Shown here: positions 46,995 to 54,275 of the stretch, one piece after another
How positions within the stretch are numbered: position 1 is the stretch's first letter
Layout: each line of letters begins with the position of its first letter
Assembly: GCA_964639665.1 (NCBI GenBank)
Contig: CAZXEU010000029.1
Coordinates: 1 to 54,275 of the forward strand
Length of the DNA stretch: 54,275 nt
DNA from: an uncultured Rhodothermaceae bacterium
Lineage (GTDB): Bacteria > Bacteroidota > Rhodothermia > Rhodothermales > Bin80
Direction of reading: 5' to 3'
Made by a program: the position numbers and the translations under genes
The notes under the pieces: generated by a model
Told to the model about the DNA's origin: nothing
What the model saw: the letters and a program-made list of their open reading frames with translations, nothing else
Databases searched by the model: none

Positions 46995-47435
46995 CTACGA
47001 TGCGTCCGCTGCGCGGTTTCGGGTGTGCGCGTCCAGGTACTCCTGCAGGATGATGCCCGCTGCCGCAGCGTCTATTCGTTCCCTGGAAACAGGCCGGCCG
47101 GTGCCGCGCAAGACGTCTTTGGCCTCCTCCGACGTATAGCGCTCATCCCACTTGATGAATTGTACACCGGGAAGCTGCCTTCGCAGCCGGTTGATGTATT
47201 GCTGAACCCGATCTGTGGCAATGCCCTCGCTGCCGTCCTCCATGAGCGGCCAACCCACAACAACTACGGCGATGCCCTCTTCGGCATGCAGCCGCTCGAG
47301 CCGACTTACGGCCGCGGACTGGGAAAACGTGCCGAATGGCTGCGCGAACATCCGCATCGGATCCGCCAGAGCCAGCCCGACGCGCTTGGTACCAAAGTCC
47401 ACGGACGCGACGCGACCGTTAGTGGTGGTCTGCAT
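46995..47435 (-). CDS. ruvX: RuvX/YqgF pre-16S rRNA nuclease
   Basis: VDFGTKRVGLA, VVGWP, WDERYTS, IDAAAAGIILQEYL. Confidence 0.94.
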   Translation of the reverse strand: MQTTTNGRVASVDFGTKRVGLALADPMRMFAQPFGTFSQSAAVSRLERLHAEEGIAVVVVGWPLMEDGSEGIATDRVQQYINRLRRQLPGVQFIKWDERYTSEEAKDVLRGTGRPVSRERIDAAAAGIILQEYLDAHTRNRAADAS

Positions 47436-47784
47436 CGGCACTCGCTTCCGGAACCGAATACCTGAGCTCCCGAAGCGGCTTCTGCAGCCTTTCGCGAATC
47501 CGCTTTCCGGGCCTGAAGTGCGTCTTCCTGCGGCTAGGCACGAAGATCGTTTCGTTGGTCCTGGGATTGCGCGCCTTGGGCTTGGCTCTCGTCTTCTTTA
47601 CCTCCAGCACGCCGAAGCCGCGCAGCTCGATGCGGATCTCGGGATCCGCCTCCATCAGCATGTCAGCAAGAACCTCCAGGACTTCGTTTACCCACGGCTC
47701 GCTTTCTTCAAGCCGAGTGCCCATGCGCGCCGCAACCCGCCGCGAGACATCCTTCTTGACCAGGGTAGCAACTTTCTCGCCCAT
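47419..47784 (-). CDS. HU/IHF-family DNA-binding protein
   Basis: RIELRGFG, ARNPRTNE, HFRPGK. Confidence 0.92.
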   Translation of the reverse strand: MGEKVATLVKKDVSRRVAARMGTRLEESEPWVNEVLEVLADMLMEADPEIRIELRGFGVLEVKKTRAKPKARNPRTNETIFVPSRRKTHFRPGKRIRERLQKPLRELRYSVPEASADADHH

Positions 47785-47849
47785 CAGATTGTCGCCGGTT
47801 CGGAAAGTGACCCGTACAAGCTACGAATATCGGACAACTACCTGCTCCA

Positions 47850-50081
47850 CTACTCTTCAAACCGGTATACGCCGTGTATGGAGTCGAGGCCTTTCAGACG
47901 ATCCATCAATCTGCGCAGGTGCTGCAGGTCACTTACGTACAGCACGATGGTTCCTTCAAAAATACCGTCCCTCGTGTCCACGGTAATGGACCGTATGTTG
48001 GTCTTGAGGTTACGGGAAATGACCGTCGTAAGATCGTGCACGATGCCGACGCGGTCCTCGCCCACCACCCGCAGGCCGGCAACGAAATGCACGTCTTTCT
48101 GCCGGCTCCAGTCACAGGCTTGTATGCGGTCAGCGTGATTTACCAACAGGTGCGACGCATTGCGGCAGCTGGTTCGATGAATCTTGATGGTGCCCGTCCG
48201 GCTCGCATAACCGAAAACCGAGTCTCCCGGGATGGGATTGCAGCAAGCGGCATAGGAGACTGCCAAACCTGCCACCCGCTCCCCGTTGATTAGCAGCGCA
48301 CCCTGGCCTGTAACGCGGGCATGCTCCTTGAAGGCCTTGTACTCCTTGGCAGAGGCATCACGCTCCGGCTCTTCCTCGGTGCGGACCTCGCCCGTCTTGA
48401 CCAGGTGAACAAGCTCGCTGATGTCGAAGAGTCCCGAAGCGATTTCGTAGAACATTTGCTTCGGACTCTGATACCTGAATTTGTTGGCGTAGCGCACCAG
48501 CTCCGCTTCGCTGACATTTAGCCGGGCCCGACGGGCCTTCTTCTCCCACAGCCGTCGTCCGTAGCTTACCGCGACTCTCCGCTCCTCGTTGATCCAGTGA
48601 CGGATACGGCTTCTCGCCTTGTGGGTGACCACAAACTTGATCCAGTCCGGATTGGGCGTCTGCTTCTTGGACGTAATGATCTCCACCTGGTCGCCGCTCT
48701 TCAGTGGATGCGACAGTGGCACCATCTTGCCATTGACCTTGGCTCCTATGCATTGGAAGCCGACGTCCGTGTGGATCTGGAATGCAAAGTCTACGGGAGT
48801 GGCCTTGGTCGGCAGCGTCTTGAGATCTCCACTCGGCGTAAATACGTAGATCTCGTCCGTATAGAGGTTGAGACTGAATTCCTGCACGAATTCCGCGGCA
48901 TGATCTGCGTCCGGGTTCTCGATCAGGTCCTTGACCCAGGCCAGGAATTGGTCCATTTCCTGGTCGGTCTTGTCCACGCCTTCCTTGTACTTCCAGTGGG
49001 CCGCGACGCCGCGCTCTGCCACTTCGTGCATCTCCATGGTCCGAATCTGCACTTCGACCTTCCGCCCTCCCGGACCAAGGACCGTGGTGTGCAGGCTCTG
49101 GTAACCGTTTGACTTGGGCACCGAAATAAAATCCCGGAAGCGCTCGGGAAGGGGCTGGTACAGATCCGTGACGATCGAATACACCCTCCAGCAATCCTCC
49201 TTGCCAAGGCGACCGGTCGACTTCAGCACCACTCGGATGGCAAACAGGTCGTAAATCTCTTCAATGGGCTTGTCTTGCGCCTTCATCTTGCGATAGATCG
49301 ACTGCACATTCTTCGATCTGCCGTAGATGTCGAATTCGAAGCCGTAGGCCAGCAATCGCTCCTTGACCGGAGCGATGAAGCTCTTTATGTACGCGGCGCG
49401 TTCCTGCCTGGTGGCTTTGAGGCCTCGTACGATTCCGTAATAGGCCTCCTTTTCAAGTATGCGCAGGGACAAATCCTCCAGCTCGTTCTTGATGGTTTGC
49501 AACCCGAATCGATGCGCGAGCGGCGCAAAAAGCATGGCCGTTTCGGAGGCAACCTTGAGCTGCTTTCGTTCGGGCAGGGAATCGAGCGTACGCATGTTGT
49601 GCAGCCGGTCGGCAAACTTGACCAGGATCACGCGCACGTCCTGGGCCATGGAGAGCATCAGCTTCCGGACGTTTTCCGCCTGCCCCAGCCCCCAGGTCGC
49701 GAAAACGCCGCGTATTTTGGTCAGCCCGTCAATGAGCATGGCCAGCGTTTCCCCGAATTCAGACCGGACAAGCTCCAGCGTTACCTCCGTGTCCTCTACC
49801 ACATCATGCAGGAGTGCCGCGGCCACGCTGGTGTCATCGAAGCCGATGTCACGGGCCACGATCTTGGCCACTTCAATCGGATGGACGAAATAAGGCTCGC
49901 CGGACCTGCGGAAATCGTTGCGGTGCGCCCAGTAGCTAAGCCGGAATGCCCGCTGGATCATGTCCTCGTCCACCCTAGTCAAGCGTTGGCGACACATGTG
50001 CAGGAGCTCATCGAGCGAGTGCTCGAAAGAGTCCGGAATCCTCACGCCGGCGCCTTTTACTATGGCCGAGGTCTTGAGCAT
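47850..50081 (-). CDS. rel: Bifunctional (p)ppGpp synthetase/hydrolase (long RSH)
   Basis: Intact HD (LLHDVVED), synthetase YQSLHTT...EVQIRT, TGS (IGAKVNG), CCNPIPGD and ACT domain. Confidence 0.96.
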   Translation of the reverse strand: MLKTSAIVKGAGVRIPDSFEHSLDELLHMCRQRLTRVDEDMIQRAFRLSYWAHRNDFRRSGEPYFVHPIEVAKIVARDIGFDDTSVAAALLHDVVEDTEVTLELVRSEFGETLAMLIDGLTKIRGVFATWGLGQAENVRKLMLSMAQDVRVILVKFADRLHNMRTLDSLPERKQLKVASETAMLFAPLAHRFGLQTIKNELEDLSLRILEKEAYYGIVRGLKATRQERAAYIKSFIAPVKERLLAYGFEFDIYGRSKNVQSIYRKMKAQDKPIEEIYDLFAIRVVLKSTGRLGKEDCWRVYSIVTDLYQPLPERFRDFISVPKSNGYQSLHTTVLGPGGRKVEVQIRTMEMHEVAERGVAAHWKYKEGVDKTDQEMDQFLAWVKDLIENPDADHAAEFVQEFSLNLYTDEIYVFTPSGDLKTLPTKATPVDFAFQIHTDVGFQCIGAKVNGKMVPLSHPLKSGDQVEIITSKKQTPNPDWIKFVVTHKARSRIRHWINEERRVAVSYGRRLWEKKARRARLNVSEAELVRYANKFRYQSPKQMFYEIASGLFDISELVHLVKTGEVRTEEEPERDASAKEYKAFKEHARVTGQGALLINGERVAGLAVSYAACCNPIPGDSVFGYASRTGTIKIHRTSCRNASHLLVNHADRIQACDWSRQKDVHFVAGLRVVGEDRVGIVHDLTTVISRNLKTNIRSITVDTRDGIFEGTIVLYVSDLQHLRRLMDRLKGLDSIHGVYRFEE

Positions 50082-50145
50082 GATGCTAGGGCTGACATAT
50101 TCTCAACAAGAGTAGCCACAAGCGGTTTCCCGGCGGGGTGGCCAC

Positions 50146-50179
50146 AAAAAAACCCGGCAAGGCTGGCACCTCCCGGGTT
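50146..50179 (-). terminator. Intrinsic terminator after rplQ
   Basis: Minus strand: AACCCGG-GAGG...CCTT-G-CCGGGTT followed by a T run. Confidence 0.75.
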
Positions 50180-50201
50180 CGGTTGTCCGCGCGCAAGGCT
50201 C

Positions 50202-50654
50202 CTATTCGGAGTCTTCCTCGACGGGTGGCGCTTCAGCGCGACGACCGCTGCGCCGGGTGCGGCGCCGGCGAGACCGCCGCGTCTCCACCTCGGAATCATT
50301 GAAGTCCACGAGTTCCAGCACGGCCATCTCGGCTCCGTCTCCGGTGCGCTGGCCGAGCTTGACCACACGCGTATAGCCTCCCGGACGATCGCCCACACGT
50401 TCGGCAACCTCTGAAAAAAGCTCGGCCGTAGCGTGCTTGTCTCGCAAGCGCCGGAAGACGCTTCGCCGATTGTGGGTCGTATCCTCCTTGGACCTCGTGA
50501 TGAGCGGCTCCACGAACACCCGGGTCGCCTTCGCCTTGGCAAGCGTGGTACGTATACGCTTGTGCAGGATCACGGCGCCGGAGAGCGCGGCGAGCGTCGC
50601 TGCGCGATGGGAACTCGTCCGGCCAAGCTTGTGACCCTTCCTGGCGTGTCGCAT
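50202..50654 (-). CDS. rplQ: 50S ribosomal protein L17
   Basis: [13 protein letters not shown]...RPGGYTR. Confidence 0.98.
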   Translation of the reverse strand: MRHARKGHKLGRTSSHRAATLAALSGAVILHKRIRTTLAKAKATRVFVEPLITRSKEDTTHNRRSVFRRLRDKHATAELFSEVAERVGDRPGGYTRVVKLGQRTGDGAEMAVLELVDFNDSEVETRRSRRRRTRRSGRRAEAPPVEEDSE

Positions 50655-50670
50655 GATCCTTACCTCGCTG

Positions 50671-51651
50671 TCAGGCTTCGTCCTCTTCGTAGGGCGTCAC
50701 ATCCATGCCGAAATTCAGGCCCCGGTCTTCCAGGACCACCACGAGTTCCTGAAGCGACTTGCGCCCGAAATTGCGGAACTTCAGCATCTCCTGCTCACCG
50801 CGCCGCACGAGGTCACCGATGGTCTTTATGTTGGCGGCCTTGAGACAATTCTGTGCCCGCACGGACAATTCCAGGTCTTCGACAGACTGTGCCAGCATCT
50901 CGCGCGTGCGCTGCGACTGGGCATCTATCGTACCGGACTTCATGGCTGCTATCGGGACGGCGTCCATGGAAAGAAACAGGTTGACATGATCACGCAGGAT
51001 CAAGGCGGCCTGCGTAAGCGCCTCGTCCGGCTGTACGGATCCGTCCGTGGATATCTCGATCTCCAGACGCTCGTAGTTGATCTTCTGTCCTACGCGTGTC
51101 GGCTTGACCGTATAGCGCACGTTCTTGATCGGCGTATACACGGCATCAATGGCAATGACGCCGATCGGGTCATCCGCCCGCTTGTTCTCGTCGGCCGGTA
51201 CGTAGCCTCGGCCCTGCTCCACACGTAGTTCCACGGCAAAGCTGGCTTCCGGGCCTAGCGTGGCTATGTGATGGTCGGGATTCAGCACCTCGTATTCGGA
51301 GGTAGCCTCGTCCAGGTCACCGGCGGTCCACGCGCCGGGACCCTTGACGCGCAAGTGGATTGCGCCGCTTGCGTAATCCCGCGCCTTGAAGCGAACACCC
51401 TTCAGATTGAGAATGATATCCGCTACGTCCTCCGTCACGCCGTCAATCGTGGAGAATTCGTGCTGCACGCCGTCGATTCTGACCGCCGTGACCACTACAC
51501 CCCTCAGAGAGGACAGCAGAACGCGGCGAAGCGCGTTGCCAATAGTGACGCCGAAGCCGCGCTCCAGCGGCTGGATCACGAAACTCCCATAAGAACGGGT
51601 CGCTTTCTGTGCAAAGACGCCTTCGGGCATCTGGATTCCGTAGTCGCTCAT
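50671..51651 (-). CDS. rpoA: RNA polymerase alpha subunit
   Basis: [42 protein letters not shown]. Confidence 0.99.
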   Translation of the reverse strand: MSDYGIQMPEGVFAQKATRSYGSFVIQPLERGFGVTIGNALRRVLLSSLRGVVVTAVRIDGVQHEFSTIDGVTEDVADIILNLKGVRFKARDYASGAIHLRVKGPGAWTAGDLDEATSEYEVLNPDHHIATLGPEASFAVELRVEQGRGYVPADENKRADDPIGVIAIDAVYTPIKNVRYTVKPTRVGQKINYERLEIEISTDGSVQPDEALTQAALILRDHVNLFLSMDAVPIAAMKSGTIDAQSQRTREMLAQSVEDLELSVRAQNCLKAANIKTIGDLVRRGEQEMLKFRNFGRKSLQELVVVLEDRGLNFGMDVTPYEEDEA

Positions 51652-51680
51652 TGTAATCGGGTTAGGAGAAAGGACGGCTC

Positions 51681-52283
51681 CTACTTGGAATACAACTCGA
51701 CGATGAGTTGCTCTTGGATGTTTTCCGGGATGTCGGCCCGGCTGGGATAGTCCAGGAATTTGCCCCTTAGCTGCCTGCGCTCTAGTTCCAGCCAGGGGAA
51801 AGAGCGGCGATGCAGGCGCACATTGTCATGGAATATGCCGGACTGCCGGCTTCTGGGCCGAACCGTCAATACGTCGCCAGGACGCAATTGGTAGGACGGA
51901 ATGTTCACCACGCGGTCGTTGACCATGATGTGGCCATGCGTAACGAACTGGCGGGCCTGCCGCCTCGTGGCACCAATGCCCAGACGAAATACGGTGTTGT
52001 CGAGACGCGCCTCGAGGAACCGGAGCAGGTTCTCGCCGGTGACGCCCTTCTTGCGGGCCGCCTTTTCGAAGAGGTTGCGAAACTGGCGCTCAAGCATGCC
52101 ATAGGTATGCTTCGCCTTCTGCTTTTCCTTGAGCTGGACTGCATATTCGCTTTCACGGCGCCGCCGCGCGCGACCGTGCTGGCCCGGCGGGTTGGGCTTG
52201 CGCTCCAGCGCCTTGCTCGGGCCGAAAATTGGCTCCTTGAACCGTCGCGCAATCTTTTGCTTGGGTCCTCTGTAACGGGCCAT
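51681..52283 (-). CDS. rpsD: 30S ribosomal protein S4
   Basis: MARYRGPK, LEARLDN, IVELYSK. Confidence 0.99.
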   Translation of the reverse strand: MARYRGPKQKIARRFKEPIFGPSKALERKPNPPGQHGRARRRRESEYAVQLKEKQKAKHTYGMLERQFRNLFEKAARKKGVTGENLLRFLEARLDNTVFRLGIGATRRQARQFVTHGHIMVNDRVVNIPSYQLRPGDVLTVRPRSRQSGIFHDNVRLHRRSFPWLELERRQLRGKFLDYPSRADIPENIQEQLIVELYSK

Positions 52284-52316
52284 GTCAGTTATACCTGCCG
52301 GTTAAGGGATGAACCA

Positions 52317-52724
52317 TCACACGCGCCGCCGCTTCGGAGGCCGGCAGCCGTTGTGCGGAATGGGCGTGATGTCCCGAATGGCCGCTATCTCCAGTCCAGA
52401 GGTTGACAGCGCCCTGATGGCAGACTCCCGACCGGAGCCGGGACCCTTGACGTATACTTCTACGCGGCGCAGTCCCAGATCATAGGCTTCCGTGGCGGCC
52501 GTCGTCGAGGCCACTTGCGCAGCGTAAGGGGTACTCTTGCGGCTTCCCTTGAAGCCTTCCTTGCCGGAGCTGGACCAGGAAATACAGTTGCCGTACTGGT
52601 CCGTGACCGTGATGATGACGTTGTTGAATGTGGAGCGAATGAATACCATGCCGTTGGATTCCACCACGACATTCTTCCTGCGCACCCGTGCGGTGCGCTG
52701 TCGCCTGACCTGCCGTTTTGCCAT
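52317..52724 (-). CDS. rpsK: 30S ribosomal protein S11
   Basis: [26 protein letters not shown]. Confidence 0.99.
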   Translation of the reverse strand: MAKRQVRRQRTARVRRKNVVVESNGMVFIRSTFNNVIITVTDQYGNCISWSSSGKEGFKGSRKSTPYAAQVASTTAATEAYDLGLRRVEVYVKGPGSGRESAIRALSTSGLEIAAIRDITPIPHNGCRPPKRRRV

Positions 52725-52739
52725 TTGGGAGTGCCGGAT

Positions 52740-53120
52740 TTACTTGCGTGGCGCCTTCTTCTTGCCCGCCACCGTCTTCTTGCGCCCCTTGCGCGTGCGC
52801 GCATTGGTTTGCGTTCGCTGGCCCCGAACGGGCAATCCGCGACGATGCCGCAGCCCCCTGTAGGAACCGATGTCCATCAGCCGCTTGATGTTCATGTGCA
52901 CCTCGGAGCGGAGCGGCCCCTCGACCAGATAGTGATCTTCCACCAGTCTGCGAACCTTCTTGGTCTGGTCCTCCGTCCATTCTTCCGGGTGCCGGTCAGG
53001 ATCGAGGCCTACACGCTCCAGAATCTCGACGGCTCTCGACCTTCCGATGCCGTAAATCGACGTAAGCGCTATTTCGCCGCGCTTGCGAGGAGGAACATCT
53101 ACTCCCGCTATTCTTGGCAT
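52740..53120 (-). CDS. rpsM: 30S ribosomal protein S13
   Basis: [22 protein letters not shown]. Confidence 0.99.
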   Translation of the reverse strand: MPRIAGVDVPPRKRGEIALTSIYGIGRSRAVEILERVGLDPDRHPEEWTEDQTKKVRRLVEDHYLVEGPLRSEVHMNIKRLMDIGSYRGLRHRRGLPVRGQRTQTNARTRKGRKKTVAGKKKAPRK

Positions 53121-53143
53121 AATGCTACCTCGGCCAGAGGCTT

Positions 53144-53260
53144 CTAGCCCTGGCGCTGCTTGTTTCGGGGGTTCTTCTTGTTTATGACATAGAGGCGACC
53201 CTTGCGGCGGACAATCTTGTCATCCGAACTCCGCTTCTTGATACTTGCTCGTACTTTCAT
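53144..53260 (-). CDS. rpmJ: 50S ribosomal protein L36 (absent from the ORF track)
   Basis: Manual translation gives [38 protein letters not shown], lying between infA and rpsM. Confidence 0.97.
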   Translation of the reverse strand: MKVRASIKKRSSDDKIVRRKGRLYVINKKNPRNKQRQG

Positions 53261-53331
53261 GGCCGTCGTGATTAGTCTACGGAGAGGCGCTCAAGCCCAA
53301 TAGTACGCTGGCACTTGCCATTGGTTCAAGG

Positions 53332-53550
53332 CTATTTGTACCGGTAGACAATGCGACCCTTGGTAAGGTCAAAGGGCGACAGCTCTACCTTTACCCGGTC
53401 CCCGGGCAGGATCTTGATGTAGTACATGCGCATCTTGCCGGAGAGGAGTCCGAGAATCGCATGGCCGTTCTCAAGTCGCACGCGGAACTGCGCATTGGGC
53501 AGGGCCTCGATCACTTCTCCGTCCAGCTCGATGGATTTCTGCTTAGCCAT
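53332..53550 (-). CDS. infA: Translation initiation factor IF-1
   Basis: [26 protein letters not shown]. Confidence 0.98.
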   Translation of the reverse strand: MAKQKSIELDGEVIEALPNAQFRVRLENGHAILGLLSGKMRMYYIKILPGDRVKVELSPFDLTKGRIVYRYK

Positions 53551-54275
53551 ACGTGGGTTCTGCTATAGAGTATGGTGGAAGGGTAACGTCTTCGATGTAG
53601 TCGAAGGTGGTAAGCACCTCCGGTCCCTGGCGCCCGACGGCAACCATGTGTTCATAATGTGCCGACGTGGCGCCGTCCGCCGTCCGCACGGTCCATCCGT
53701 CGCGATCCGTGACGATGCGGTACGTACCGCGATTGATCATGGGCTCAAGGCAGAAAACGAGTCCGGCCTGCAGCTTTTTCCCCGACCGGGGCTGGCCCAC
53801 ATTGGGTACCTGGGGTTCCTCGTGCAAGGCACGCCCGATGCCGTGGCCCACGAGCTCCCGGACAACACCGTAGCCCCGCGTTTCGCAGTGCCGCTGGACG
53901 GCGCTTGAAACATCGCCCAGTCTATGACCCGGCCGGGACTGCTCTACGCCCTTCTGCAAGGACTCCATTGTGGTCCGGCACAGGCGTACGTCGTCCGCGT
54001 CGATGTCCCCGACGGCAAAAGTGTACGCACTGTCGCCGAAATACCCCCGGAAATGCACGCCACAGTCAATGGAAACAACGTCTCCAGCCTGGAGCTCATA
54101 CGAGCCGGGAAGACCATGCACAACCACATCGTTTACCGAAACGCAGAGCGTTCCCGGAAACGGCGGCAGCGATCCGACCCGGTAGCCCTTGAATGCGGGT
54201 TCGGCGCCCTGAGACCTTACGTAGCGCTCAGCCTCCCGATCGAGCTGAACCGTCGTGATGCCCGGCTCCACGAAG
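53543..54275 (-). CDS. map: Methionine aminopeptidase type I (5' end outside the window)
   Basis: [35 protein letters not shown]. Confidence 0.96.
   Translation of the reverse strand, partial: FVEPGITTVQLDREAERYVRSQGAEPAFKGYRVGSLPPFPGTLCVSVNDVVVHGLPGSYELQAGDVVSIDCGVHFRGYFGDSAYTFAVGDIDADDVRLCRTTMESLQKGVEQSRPGHRLGDVSSAVQRHCETRGYGVVRELVGHGIGRALHEEPQVPNVGQPRSGKKLQAGLVFCLEPMINRGTYRIVTDRDGWTVRTADGATSAHYEHMVAVGRQGPEVLTTFDYIEDVTLPPYSIAEPTYG

Noticed and set aside
1-54275. CRISPR array, tRNA, rRNA or prophage
   Set aside because: No periodic repeat-spacer pattern, tRNA/rRNA signature or phage gene was seen by eye; a tRNAscan/Infernal run would be needed to exclude small RNAs.

Overview
GC-rich bacterial chromosome segment. 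The r-protein/RpoA sequences and gene order point to Rhodothermota (Rhodothermales-like, FCB group), and acuI hints at a marine habitat (both inferences). From left to right it holds: a probable IS21-like terminus (1-140); a hexuronate cluster (uxaC divergent from an IolB/KduI-like cupin, TRAP dctPQM and uxaB); cysS plus a short HhH protein; a 1303-aa orphan NtrY-like kinase; a Lol-like envelope module (lipoprotein, LolA-like protein, two permeases, ATPase, beta-barrel); DUF1801; a GMC dehydrogenase with a PmoA/DUF6807-like protein; an accessory-looking block at about 24-35.5 kb (two SLC13-RCK_C transporters, TlpA, ECF sigma with an anti-sigma/beta-propeller fusion); OMP, acuI, tonB, clpS; a stand-alone HsdR_N-type nuclease; GH3 plus AbgT; a class V PLP enzyme; CPBP-TPR-TPM-lemA-ruvX-HU-rel; and the alpha operon (map-infA-rpmJ-rpsM-rpsK-rpsD-rpoA-rplQ). 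I saw no rRNA, tRNA or CRISPR array. The best leads for new biology are the anti-sigma/propeller fusion with an internal lipobox, the MTase-less nuclease with a possible reader domain, the Lol-like module, and the IolB-type isomerase in a uronate operon. All family calls come from motifs recognised by eye, not from database searches.
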